From Octopus bimaculoides (lineage: Eukaryota): DNA of 64,000 nt. The stretch spans positions 59,551,977 to 59,615,976 of the forward strand of contig NC_068984.1 in the NCBI RefSeq assembly GCF_001194135.2, in the 5' to 3' direction. Below, one piece after another: positions 1-13,400 of the stretch (positions are counted from its first letter, which is position 1; every line of letters begins with the position of its first letter). Position numbers and translations under genes: made by a program. Below the pieces are notes generated by a model that was not told the DNA's origin, did not search any database, and saw nothing but the letters and a program-made list of their open reading frames with translations.

Positions 1-301
1 ACTGCCTCTATTAAAATATCCTAAGCAATTTCGAAATGTATGCATGTTCTGTAATGTTTGTAAAGTGTATCAATAATAAAAGGATTTCATTTGTAAATTA
101 TATAATTGTGATATGTGTACAACATATGGCTGTATATAATATAATGGTAAAGTTTGTGGTGTTTTTAAAATTTTTTAAATTTATATATACTTTTTCTGTT
201 TAATGATTTAGTCAAAAGAGAACTGGCATTGCCCATAGCTCTTTTCAAATCTTCAAAGCTGGTAAGGATAAGTTACCTTCAGACCAGAGATCCTAGTCCA
301 A

Positions 302-802
302 ATGCTTGCAACAGTGTGTACTCCACTTAAGGCACCCAAGGTCCAGGTGGTAGTGTCGAATTGGGCACCATGCCACTGGACTGGCTCCTATGCAGGATAC
401 GAAACTTGGCTTGTAAAGACCTGTTGGGGCAAGCGAAATCGAAATCGTGATGGCACCTGTGCCCAGCATCGTCTTCCTGGCACTTGTGCTGGTGGCATGT
501 ATAAAGACATTCGAGCGAGAACGTGCCAGTGCCGCTGGACTGACTCCTGTGCAGGTGGCACATAAAATACACCATTTTGAGCATGGCTGTTGCCAGTACC
601 ACCTGACTGGCCCTCATGCCGGTGGCACGTAAAAGCACCCACTACACTCTTGGAGTGGTTGGCGTTAGGAAGGGCATCCAGCTGTAGAAACTCTGCCAAA
701 TCAGATTGGAGCCTGGTGTAGCCATCTGGTTCACCAGTCCTCAGTCAAACCGTCCAACCCATGCTAGCATGGAAAGCGGACGTTAAACAATGATGATGAT
801 GA
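302..802 (+). mobile_element. RTE-like LINE 3' end with internal tandem units and (GAT)n tail
   Basis: GTGCCAGTG...AAAAGCACC units, then GGAAGGGCATCCAGC...CCAACCCATGCTAGCATGGAAAGCGGACGTTAAAC(AAT)GATGATGAT. Same family at about 6260, 13505, 17120, 19365, 21495, 24440, 31700, 32130, 40320, 42400, 55715 and 59610. The overlapping ORFs at 302-699 are repeat artefacts. Confidence 0.8.
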
Positions 803-2889
803 TTAGAATACAGGTGGAATAAATTGAATTTGAGTCAGGTATATGAGTACGGTCAAGTTGTTGCAAAAAAAAAAAATGCATAAATTGTTGAGAAACAAAT
901 ACTATATTTGAAGTTATGTAGCCTAATGTTTAGAGTGAGACATTCATGATTGTTAGATCATGGTCTTCATTCCTGGACTGTATGTTATATCCTTGAGCAA
1001 AACACTCCGTTTCATGTTGCCCTGCCATCACTTTGACATGTGGCACATTGTGCACCTGTACAGACAATGTCACTTTGATTGGAGAGAGTGAGTTAATGTG
1101 TCACACCAACATTTGATCTCTATAAACAAAACATCTGTGCAGGTTGTTTAGCACGAAGTTGTGGAACACTCATTTGTTTGTCTACAACAAAAGAGTCTGC
1201 AACAAACAAATATTTAAAATTGGTTTCAAATTTTGGCACAAGACCAGCAAGTTCGGGGGAGGGGTCAGTTGATTATGTCGATCCCAGTACACAACTAGTA
1301 CTTATTTTATCGATTCCAAAAGGATAAAAGGCAAAGTTGACCTCAGCAGAACTTGAATGCAGTATGTAAAGACAGAATTTGAACTCAGAACATAAGGACA
1401 GATGAAATGTCACTAAGTGTTTTGTCTGGCATGCTAACAATTCTGCCAGCTTGCTGCCTTAAACAAATATGGGAAATTAAACTTTTGTACTGGTGACCTT
1501 TTGTCTATCCATCTGTTTTAGAGTTTAATACTTTGGGCAGTTTGTGATAGGAATAACAACTTACTGTGACTAAGGAAAATAGACTTTCTATATGATTTGA
1601 TTATAATTGTTTTTACCATCAATGACATTTTAACAAGATTTCGCTGGTTTGAATGTTAAAGAGTTAATGTTGATATAGCAGAAATTAAAGGTGACCCAGG
1701 TACCTTTATCATTCTAAATTCATCCTTCTGTGTGTGTGTGTGTAAAAGGGATCAGAAGAATTGGCACTTTTAGTATCAGTTATATATTGAGTTAAATTGA
1801 CTTGATTATAACTGCCATTTCAAATCTCCCACAAATTTTATTTTATTGAATATATGTATTTTTTGACTTTCAATTATTGCAACCTTTATACTTTAAATAT
1901 CATTCAACCACGGTAGTGGTTGAATATATTCTTAAGTCCACCATTTCGTCAATCGCAACAGCTTCCAAGCTTCACCACTAATTCAGTTCTTAACTAAATT
2001 GCAAACTGTTAATACTTTTAAAGAGGACACCTCCTCAGCTACACTTTGGCATAAATAGTTTGAGATTTGGTTCAGTAGAAAAACAGTTACATCAAAATAT
2101 CTGCAACCTCCAGGGCTGCAGTAAGGCAGATATTCATCTTCAATTAACATAAATTTTTCAATTTTTCTATCATTCTTAGGCTTAAATGATAGAAAAATGC
2201 ATGTGAAATTCAGAATCGCTAGTCGCATTGAACAAAAATTAATAGAAAAAGAGTTATGAAGTAAAATGTTAGGAAATTTCATGTCAGTAAGTAAGGGAGT
2301 AATGCTTCAGAAATAAGAATAAAGAATATATTTCTAAAATGAATGTTTACTTTCTAAGGCAGTGAGCTGGCAGAAACATTAGCACACTGGGCGAAATGCT
2401 TAGCGGTATTATGTCTGTCTTTACGTTTTTGAGTTGAAATTTCACTGTGGTCAACTTTGACGTACAGATTATATAATTTTTTTTAACTAAACTCTTTCAA
2501 ACTTCTGATACTGGTAGAATATGTCACATAGAACAGGGTTTATTCTTAACATTTTTGACGAAATTTTGTATTTTAGAAGCGGTATTTCGTCTGTCTTTAT
2601 GTTCTGAGTTCAAATTCCACCGAGGTCGACTTTGCCTTTCATCCATTTCAGATCTATTCAATTAGACGTACAAGATTATTTAATTAATTTTCTTCAACTA
2701 AACACTTTCAAATTTCCGATACTGGTAGAATGTGTCACATAGAACAGGGTTTATTCTTAACGTTTTCGACAAAATTTTGTTTTTTAGAAGTTATTCTGTC
2801 AGAAGTTACAGTGTATTCGTGTTTTAATAAGTGCCAATACACAAAACTCTCAGCTTTTTACTTACTCTCTAACTTCTGCTGATGATATA

Positions 2890-2934
<45 letters not shown>

Positions 2935-3170
2935 TAAAAAAAGTCTCATCATGCAGTCGAACCAATGAAAGCGCCTCTCACCTGGTCGCTTGACACGCTA
3001 AAAATAGCAGCCAAAGTATCCCTCTACCTAAATCACACGCCCATTGTATGTAATGTCCTAGATTATCCCTAAAAAGACGGCTTGCTGAAGGCTGGAATGT
3101 CTTTGATGATATGTTTGCAGTATCAGGGTTTATTTGAGGCTAAATAACAACATTATGGTCAATTTCTATA

Positions 3171-4593
3171 TTAACACCCGCATGATTTTCACTAAGAAAA
3201 AAAAACAAAAACATTGATTTTTTTTTGCATGGTATCAAGTACCTTAATCTCCTAATATGTTGCAAATCCCTTATTTTGGTTCGGAAAAAATAAAGTGGGG
3301 TTCCCCCCACCCAATCCTAGAATCATTGGAATTTTTTTTTTTTCTTCGTTGAATGAATTCCCGTGACCTAATATTGCAAAATTAGGTTACTTAAGGTGAG
3401 CCTAGTAACTGATGGTTTTGGGTCTTGTTGTTTGTAACTTTTGGTGAGCCATGGTGCAACCAACAACATGGTAAAAATCTCTGCCATTAATTTGGTGTGG
3501 ATGGGTAATCTTATTATATAAAGCTGAAGTTGTGTGTCTGTGTGAAGCCTTTTTAAAAGTTTATAGAAATCCATATTTACCACTTTTTCATAAAAATTTT
3601 TACATCAATGGAATTTTCTCGATGTGAACTTTCCAGTGCAGTAATTAGTTTTTTAAAATTCTGTTTACTTTGTGTGATTTAAGGGAGATTTGGCTGTTGT
3701 TTCTAGCAACTTTTATACTTCTTCCCTTCTACTTGGAACAGCGTTCTTACACATGCGCTCAACAGAGAGAGAAAGTGATACATACAACGTCATAAATTAA
3801 ACTTTCTTCTCAGTATTCTTTNNNNNNNNNNNNNNNNNNNNNNNNNNNNNNNNNNNNNNNNNNNNNNNNNNNNNNNNNNNNNNNNNNNNNNNNNNNNNNN
3901 NNNNNNNNNNNNNNNNNNNNNNNNNNNNNNNNNNNNNNNNNNNNNNNNNNNNNNNNNNNNNNNNNNNNNNNNNNNNNNNNNNNNNNNNNNNNNNNNNNNN
4001 NNNNNNNNNNNNNNNNNNNNNNNNNNNNNNNNNNNNNNNNNNNNNNNNNNNNNNNNNNNNNNNNNNNNNNNNNNNNNNNNNNNNNNNNNNNNNNNNNNNN
4101 NNNNNNNNNNNNNNNNNNNNNNNNNNNNNNNNNNTTTGAAGGAAACAACTGCAGGTTATTTTTGAGAAGTGTTCCCCACTCAGTGGTGTTTTGGAGCAAG
4201 TCGTCCATATTTGTTTCATTTTTCTCTATTATGTGCGTAAGTGCATCCATAGATTTCTAATGAAGTAATAGGCAGTGAAGAGAAGCCGTCACAAGAAAAC
4301 TTTTAACTACCTCTATTCCTTTCTCCCCCTCTTCCTCTCTCGCTCTCTCAACCGCATACACGTGCAAGTACACAATCATTCAGTAAAATATAACTCATGT
4401 TCGTCAATGTTTTGTAAATATACCATGATTTTCACTAGGGTGTTAGGGTTAGTGTTTCAGGGTTAGGGGTTAGGGTTACGGTCAGGGTTGGGGTTTTAGG
4501 GTCAGGGTTGGGGTGTTAGGGTTTAGGGTTAATGTTAGGGTTAGTGTAAGGATTAGGTTTAGGATTAGGGTTGGGTAATTGTGCGGGTGTTAA
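3171..4593. mobile_element. Putative non-autonomous TTAA-flanked (piggyBac-like) DNA element
   Basis: TTAACACCCGCA at 3171-3182 is the exact reverse complement of TGCGGGTGTTAA at 4582-4593, extending to an 11/13 TIR. Contains an N-gap. Confidence 0.45.
4435..4576 (+). repeat. Degenerate telomere-like (TTAGGG)n array
   Basis: Run of TTAGGG/TCAGGG/TTGGGG/TTAGGA variants. Confidence 0.85.
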
Positions 4594-4634
4594 TCTGAAA
4601 AATTACAGATATGTGAAAAGTACCAACCTCGCCA

Positions 4635-5186
4635 TCTATTATAACTTTTGTTGTTCTGTTTAATATATACATAGATTTTACCTCTAAAGAAGAGAGTTTC
4701 TGGGGAAAGAAAGCAACCGGTTTAAAATGACAGCAACAGACTGCAGCAATTTACCACATTCCAGAAGCTACTTTGAACATAATGCAAAATGGTGCATCAA
4801 CATTTTCTGGCCAATCTGATAGAATTCTGGCAAAACTGTGTACCAACAGATGACCAGCAATTGCTTCATCAGAAATTGCCGTCCTAGTTCATGCGAAAAG
4901 GGATTACCCTGCTGTATATAATCAGGGCAGCGCAAAAAGTTGTTTTGCACAAGTATTTGTATAGCCAATTAGACGGATGAAATTTACGTACACTTAATAA
5001 TGTTATGCAAAACAGCCTTCAGACTTTCCCTATTAATTTCATCGTCTTTTGAATTATGAACATATTTACATCATAAGGGTTTTTTCGTTGTAAGGCTTTC
5101 TTTTTTAGTTGATTTTCACCTAGCAAGACTTATCGCATAGATGGCGTAATAAGTCACACCCGGACAAGGTTGGGTTATACTGCTAG
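4635..5186 (+). mobile_element. Non-autonomous Helitron with eroded helicase fragment
   Basis: A|TC start at 4635; degenerate hairpin CCCGGACAAGGTTGGG, then CTAG|T at 5183-5187; internal RILAKL...*PAIASSEIAVL (4821-4886) resembles the RepHel motif ILAK...AVASSGIAATLL. Confidence 0.55.
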
Positions 5187-5902
5187 TATCAAATAATTCA
5201 ATCACAACATATATTTTAATTAAACACGAAAAAAATTGAAATATTATCATCACTTACATGAAAAAATTGAAATATTATCTTTCAGTAGTTTATAAGGTGA
5301 GATCTTATATTATTAATTGACATATTATTAATTATCTTATAACAGCAATGCCTGGAAAAATCATGGATTACATGGAAAAATGTGAGCTGTAAAAGTATAG
5401 GACAAGCTATTACTTCTAGTAAAGTAAAGAATAAGAAACTTTTTACTTAAAATATTGCAGCTAAAATTAAAATTTGAAAATTAAAACTTATTTTATTATA
5501 GTTTACAAATAACACTATACTTAAGTAGAATTTGGCTAATTTACTACCTTGAATACAAAAAAAAGTGACTAATTAGACAAACTTACAAATTAGCTGAAAA
5601 GTTTTGTACAATAAATTTAAAAGATGAGAACTGTAAAGAGTGATAAATTAGAAGAACTAGCATTCTTTGCTGCAATATTTTACATAAAAAGTTTCTTATT
5701 CTTTACTTTACTAGAAGTAATAGCTTGTCTTATACTTTTACTGGTGTAATGACTTGTCCTGTACTTTTCCATGTTTATAATCTTAAGAATATGACTTTTC
5801 ATGCTTGCATTTTTCCATGTAATAAAGAATATGTTTGTTGGTAAAATAACATCAATATTTAACATTTTCTCATATTTGCTGCTTCTCTCTTATATTTTGC
5901 AG

Positions 5903-5971
5903 GAAATAACCAGGATAGAAGATATTCAAATCTGTATTGACACTTTGGAACAACACAGCTGGAACTTAGAT
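5903..5971 (+). CDS. FAF1: FAF1 exon 2 (provisional numbering), UBA domain
   Basis: tttgcAG|GAAATA...TTAGAT|GTatgt; 69 nt; phase 0/0; EITRIEDIQICIDTLEQHSWNLD. Confidence 0.9.
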
Positions 5972-7452
5972 GTATGTTATATTTTATATTTAGCAATTTT
6001 TAATTAATGCAAAACTTAGACATTGAATAAAGGGCTTATGAAGTATAATAGCTGTGAGGTTAAGATGATTGGCTGCAGACCATATGATCATCAAATCTCA
6101 CTTCAGCTTTTGTGGTGGTGTTCCCTGAGTATTATACATAATTTGGCTTGCTTCAGTTCTTCTTGAGAAAAAGAAAGAAAAAAGGAAAGGAAACAGAATA
6201 AAAATATTCCTCTCGTGCAAACATGTTGGATTGGATGTAAAGTATTGAATCAAATCAAATCATCATTTAACGTCTGCTTTCCATGCTAGCATGGGTTGGA
6301 CAATTTGACTGGGGGCTGTCAAACCGAATGGTCACACCAGACTTCAATCTGATCTGGCAGAGTTTCTACAGTTGGATGCCTTTCCTAACGCCAACCACTC
6401 TGAGAGTGGATTATAAATATCAATGAATAAACTTTCTAGTTTATTCTTTGGCTGGTTTCAGTCATTGGGTTACAACCATATTACAGCACTAAGTTTGATT
6501 ATATGAGCCCTTACACTTTGGTACTTAAAGTTGATTGGGTGTAAGGGGACATAATTGGAGCAGCAGAGAGCACCATAAAGTATTTTTGACTGTGTGGTCA
6601 AATTTAAGTTTTTATTTCGATGAAATAATGAACAGTGATTCTTCTACCTCATACCAATATGTGCATGGGCTCTCACCCACATAGAATGGACTGCTACTGA
6701 GTTTTGTTTACCAAATTTCATGTACAAGACTTTGGTCAATCCAAAGTTATGGTAGAAGATACTTGCCCAAGGTAATGCACAATACATTCAAACCCAAAAT
6801 AATATATGAACAAAGCAAATTTCTTAACCACATAACCTTGCATGAATGTATATCCTTAGCTATTGCTAGTGCCTTAGCTGTTTCTCTTGTTGCAATAAGA
6901 AAATACACATGGTCACCAATGTATTTTAAAATATGTTGCTCAAGTTATTGTCTTGAAGTAGACCTATTAGATAATAGGGTCTTACCTACATTATCTGAAA
7001 ATAAGATAGGATGGTCACCAATGGGATGTCTTTGATCATAGGTGTACTTAATCAGACTGACCTATGGTTAAACAATAACAACAAAATATATATGCTAAGC
7101 TTCATGCTTCTTCAGAACAATCACAAACATGAAAATGCTACACAAGTTTAGACATGTTTTCTTGATAGCCAAAGTAATATATTTTTCTTCTACTGATTTG
7201 TATGAGTATTTCAAAGAGTTTTAGCTAATTTATATTGTCCCTGGGCAAAGTTGACTTGAGCATAAAGAAACAAAACCAAATACTACTAAGTATCTGGCCT
7301 ACCTTGATGCACTGATCCTATCACCTTTGTATTTACATCTGACAGAAATTTCATTCAAAATGTTTCAGTTGACCTTTTTACACTTAGGTTCAATCCCAGA
7401 ACAGTATGGTTGTGAAACTAACTTAGCCACATAGCCATACCTGTGCCCATTC

Positions 7453-7498
<46 letters not shown>

Positions 7499-10400
7499 AT
7501 GTTGTGAATGAGACTTGCCTTGGAAAATAAACTCTTTATGTGCTTCTATAATATAAAGTATCTTTTAGGACTTCACATTTAACTTCATGCCAAGAATATA
7601 ATTTTTAAGTGTAGTTAACTAAAATTTATTCAGGGAACCTAAATATATTTCTTTTGAAACAGTAGTATTACAAAAGGTAGTGCATTGTCATCATTATTAT
7701 TATTATAGCAGCAGACAAAATGACTTATAGTATTAACCCTTTAGCATTCAGATTACTCTGTCAAATATAATACATGTTCATTCACATTAATTTGAATTAA
7801 TCATGTGTTCTCTTGTAATCTTGAGATTTCGATGATGTGATTATGTTTTGAATGACATTGTTGGATATGCGTGAGAGGCCAGATCTGGCCAGTTTAAACA
7901 TAAAACAGGTAGAAAATTTGGGGTTGGATATTGCCAATTTAAATGCTAATGGTTTAATCAGGGCCTTTTGCGGTTTGAGTTAAAATTCTGCTGATGTTAA
8001 CCTTGACGTAGTTCTAGAGTTGATAAAATTAAATATTAGTTGAGTATTAGGTTGAGATAACTGACTTCACTTCCAGTACCACCTTCTCCACACCCCAGTC
8101 TGTTGTGCTGATCAGCATTGATAGATATCTCTCATCACTAAAAAAAAAGCAGTCAATCAACTTTATTTATCTGCATTCTTGCATGAAGTAACAAATAGTA
8201 ATAACAGCAGTATAATTATAAATCCTAATTTATATTAGAATTTCTAATTTCAAATAAATTTGCGTCTCTTATCATTGAATTCTGTGTCAGGAAGTTGTTT
8301 CTAACATCTAGGTGGCCATTTTGTTCTCATACACACCAGTAGACAGTTTGGATCACTAAGTTGAGAGAGTACTATCATCCAAGAGGTCTGCAGTTTATAT
8401 TCTATTATTGGCACTGCATTGTCTGTGGCCAAGACACTTAACTATTAAATGCTGAGTTAATCTATCTGTGAGTAGGCACTGCAGAATACAAGCATTTAAT
8501 GCTGTAAGAAGTTGCAGCAGTGTAAATTTGAAGAGTGGTTCATTAACTTGCTCTGCCATGATCAAATATTTGTGTGGACATGACTCCTCTTCTTGTGGGC
8601 ATGGTCAGAAGAGGAGTTAGGTCTCACTTGTCAATAATGTTGATTACCAGTTGATGGCTCTCTTTGGTCATGAAAGAATGAAATGATATTGACCCAGTCA
8701 TCTGCCAGTTGGACAGATTGTCAAAAGAAATAACGGAAACATCAGTATATATGATATTGACCATTAGTATCTCTCCTGCTTTCATCAATCTGTTTAACTA
8801 TTTGAATGTGCATTTTTGGTTGACTTTTTGTCTTCTACAACTTCTAAGTGGAAAAACCACATCATTAACTCCTATAAAATTTAGGGCAAGCAGTTTTTTC
8901 TTCAGCTCTACTGTTGTCCTCTTATAAACTGTAAAATGGCTGTACAATAAAGATGCATCACTATCATCATCATATGTTCACTTTTCTGTACTCGAATGAG
9001 TCAGATGGAATTTGTTGAAGCAGATTTTCTACAGCAGGATGCCCTTCCTGTTGCCAATCCCCTCTGGTTTCCAAGCAGGGTAATATTTCCTATGGCCAGA
9101 CATTTTCTGCAGAAGACTTGAAATGAACAACATTACTGGTATGATGATAATGTTCATTTTCAACCATCATGTGATGTCAAAACAAGGACACAACGTGTGC
9201 TTGCATGTGCAATAGGCTTTTTAGTTTCCATCTGCTAAATTCACTCACAAGGCTTTGTCAGAAATTCAGATCTTCAGCCATTATGTTGTACTCTTGATCG
9301 AAGCATAAAATTCTACTTGTTTTACTTTGCTTAAGTGATTTAAAGATGAGTTCTACTTTCTATTTTCATAAGATTTACTAATTTTTTTTTCTATTCTTAT
9401 ATGCAGGAAGCTGTCCAAAGTGCTATCCCCACTGATGTATGTTCACCATCTGTAGACAGAATTGCATTTGATACAACAATAGTTACAACAACCCCTTCCG
9501 CCATAGCTACTGCCACTTCTACCACAAACACCACTCCAGCAAGTTACCATGTTTCATATAATGATAATGAAACCAGTTACTCTAAGTCTTACTCCTTGTC
9601 AACATCTACACCTGCCTTGTTTAAAACCGATTCATTTCCTGATATGAGCTACTCTCACCAGACAGTTTCTCCCTACCAGTTAAAGTTCATTGTGGAACAC
9701 AAAAATGACTTTGTTGATTTATTTATAGAGAATACAAAAACTGTTGGTAGGTAAAAAGTATTCTTTTTCCCCTTATAACAAAACATCTTTTGTTACAAAA
9801 GCATTGCATTCTTGAAAATCCTTGCTATAACTTGAAGCCCATGTCATGAAACCTATTTTCCCATTGATGTGGAAGTCCATGAACACACGGACCTCACTAG
9901 GAAAATACATTTAGTGTTACAGAGCTCTAAATGATCATTATCCTATATGGCAAGATTTTAAGTAATGCAATGCTTTTAGAATATAGGGATGACTTTTTTC
10001 TGTTTTTTCATTATGATTTTATTAGTACATTTTTATGTACTATATTCTTTGTGTTTCACATTCGTTATAGTAATGATCTTTGATATTCTCTGACTGATTT
10101 CAATCATTGGGTTGCAACCATACTTGGGCTGTCGAAGTTAAATTTTTTTTTTTAGTTGGGTATATTTGCTCAGCCTGGTATTTATTTTAGTACTTTATGC
10201 TAGGAGAATAGGGAGCAGAGCGGATAAAGTAATCTCAGTTTATCAACTGACTAAATTTAATTTTTTTCCATAAAGAGATGTATCTCATTACCTTAAGGTA
10301 TTTTTGTTTGATGCCCCAAATTTATGCACGCGCACGCGTGCACACACAAGATCATGAGCTTCTGTGTAGTTTTCCTCCACCAAACTCCACTCATATGATA

Positions 10401-13400
10401 TTGATCAACTCAAGACATCTGCCCAAAGTGCAGCTCAGTGGAATCGAAGCTGGAGTCACATAGTCACAAAGTATGCTTCAAAATGGAGGAACTAATATCT
10501 TGCGATATTTATAGAACCTGATATCGTTTAGTCTCTCTGGTCAACCCTGATCAACCAAGCCTACAAACTAAGGCAGTCCAGTTGTGGCCATCCCACAACT
10601 TCCAAATTAATCAAGATGTAACTGAGATGAAAAGAGTGACAGAAGATTTTGTTATTAAAAATGAAAGAATGAAAAAAGTAATATTAATCTGTTTATTTAA
10701 TTAAAGAATTGAATAATACTAATCAGTGTAAACTTCAAAAAAATTGGTTTCAATTAACTGAGGGTCTTCATTAAACAAATAAATAAATGGGTTAATAAAA
10801 TTCTTAAATTAAGTTCATTTACTGTGATGTCTTTTGCCACTGATTGTTCTTAAGTATCTCTAGCTACATGTTAGTGTCTTTGTTATAACACTGTGTAATA
10901 TGATTTCTGTCCTTGGGTAGCAGCTGTTATTTCCTATTTGCTTACTCCTAGGAATTATGAAAAATGGTTAATATTTCTTTCAAACTTTGCTTTTCTTACT
11001 ACATTTATTCAAACACCAAAGAATCCCTCTCGACACATGGCTATGATGCTCCCCTACTGCTCATGATCAGAGATCTCATGTCATCTATCAAGGGACATGC
11101 TTAAGTGGTTAAGCTCAAGCAACTGTCAAACAAATCTGTGGTATTGAGCAGATTATTTGCTATAATGATATTTCTGCTTCAGCATCTCCATGCTAAATCT
11201 GTCTGAAATGTAATGGAAAATGGGTCCATTTCAAACCATTGATGTCCAGATCACANNNNNNNNNNNNNNNNNNNNNNNNNNNNNNNNNNNNNNNNNNNNN
11301 NNNNNNNNNNNNNNNNNNNNNNNNNNNNNNNNNNNNNNNNNNNNNNNNNNNNNNNCCGGAACCATGTGGTTGGTAAGCAAACTACTTACCACACAACCAC
11401 TCCTGTGCCTATGATTAAAATAGTTTGATCATCCAAAACCCTATTTATTTATTTTGATGGCTTGATGTCCATCCTATTATAAATCATAGATAGTGATCTC
11501 CATATATTTACTATGGTGCCATTATGAAGTACTAAACTAAAAACTGCCATCGTTAAACTAAAAGCTGTCATTGCTTCTTATTGTAATAACATTGCTTGAT
11601 TTATTCCTATATAAACTTTTAAAGAATTTTTTACATTTTGAAAATGTTGAGTGAGTTCAGGCTTTAAAACTACAAAACTACTAAGTCTTTATCATGGGGT
11701 GAGTTTTATTATTTGTTGGGTTACCTATGAACACTTCTTTTCCTTCTAGTTATCGAAGGAAATCTTGTTGAGTCAAGAATCTTGCACACCAAATATCAAA
11801 GTAAAGTATTTTACTCTTACTTCCGTTCTGAAAAGACATGAAATAATTTTAGCTTAGCAAACTTACAACCCACAGACCAATTAGAAGAGGTTATTTAAGT
11901 TAATAATGATTATGTACACCTTTGTAAGTTATATTTGTTTATAGCCATGTGTAATTTTTTTTTTATCTAATTCTGCTAAACAACTAAGTTCTCCCTGCAT
12001 TTTGCAGTGATGACCATGATATCGAATTACAGTAAAATATATTGGCCCATTGAGAATTGCTTTTACCAGGCACACTGCATGGTTTGAGAATGAGGCTCAA
12101 ACAATTAGCATTTTTACTCAGCCAGTTGCCTCTTTCCAGTTTGCTTCATTATCATTTATTCTTTCATATCACTGAAAACCAGATCTTTAGATTTGTTTGT
12201 TACATTTCTGGCAAATGAACTCTCCTCATTCCCTCCAAATTTTCAGTTTCAGTTGGGTCTCAAAATCAGAACTTACTTTCTGGCAAAACATGAAGAAGGC
12301 GGTACAAAGAAGTGTCAACTGTTTCAAATAAATGTTTCTTTTTTTTTCCCCTTTTGTATTTTCCCAGGATTTTTGAAAAAAGAATTATCTCGGCGTCTAA
12401 GTATACCTGTGAATTACCTTCAATTGAAAGGTTGGCCTTCATGTAGTAAAATAACAGATTCGGTTAGTATCTATTTTATTCTAATTTCTGTATTTAACAT
12501 GTCATTATTAATTCTTGAAGCAATCACCAATCACTAAATAAAATATGCTATCATTTCGTATTTGAAATAACAAACAGATAAGTTTTATTTCACTTTAATT
12601 CACATAAAAAAAAGACACCATTTTCTGCTAAGTTTTAATTCCTTTATCAAATGTTCCTCGTAATTTCATTTCATTTTAGGCTTTGCATACTGGTTGTGTC
12701 TGTTTTGTCTTTTTGTTATTTTGAGTAACAAGTGTAGTGTGTGAGATTATTATTTTTTTTTCTTTTTCCATATTTGCAGTGCATTTTGAATGAATTAAAT
12801 TTACCTCAAGAAACCAAATTAAAAGTACATAACACACAAAGTAAAGCTGCAACATCATCTCAGACAGGATCTAGAAATACAGTTACTGCTGACAGGTGAG
12901 TTCTAATGTTTTACCTCTTATACCTTAGTAAACTTTAACTTAATGGAGTATTTACTAGTCATTCTTTCCACAATTGTGTGTAGACTTTTTGTGGAGGAAC
13001 ATCTTGAAGAATGGTGATGTTAACTTCCACAAAATGGAAATGACATCAGGACTTCTACATTGTGTGTATGCTTGTGCATATAGTGTATATGTGAATGAAT
13101 AGAGCACATAGTCCCTCATTCTCTGTATGTTATTTGGTGCAAGCCATTATACTCTGATTACTTATATATCATATTAAGACATTGGAAAGATTTCTCTAAT
13201 GGTAAAACCTAAACTCTCTATAGTTTATCAAGTAAATCATTCTAAAGGAATAAATTAAGAGTGAAGTCTGAAACTAATATAGATTTATAAAAGATTATAT
13301 TCATCTAAATACTGTAAAAATCTGATGAGCATTAGTACATCATTAGTCTTCTATGTTATAAATCACCATCAACATTTTAAAGTCTGCTTATCTACTTCTT

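Noticed and set aside
302-699. Four overlapping ORFs, with look-alikes at 19469, 55796-56134, 58803-59162 and 59673
   Set aside because: They are translations of the LINE 3' UTR repeat; the same peptides (MAEFLQLDALPNANH) recur at each copy.
1902-1925. Perfect hairpin ATTCAACCAC-ggta-GTGGTTGAAT
   Set aside because: Only 10 bp, with no CTRR end or other context; expected occasionally by chance.
1983-2282. 99-aa minus-strand ORF
   Set aside because: No recognisable motif or convincing splice context.
3797-4250. ORFs spanning N-runs (also 11220, 20971-21423, 32963-33857, 44671-44919)
   Set aside because: They are open only because N codons are not stops.
4630-5146. Inverted CGCCATCTAT/ATAGATGGCG pair resembling CTCF or YY1 sites
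   Set aside because: The right copy is better explained as part of the Helitron 3' end (equivalent TAGACGGCG at about 34027); there is no independent promoter evidence.
8581-8619. Hairpin ACTCCTCTTCT-13 nt-AGAAGAGGAGT
   Set aside because: Too short for a pre-miRNA; no further support.
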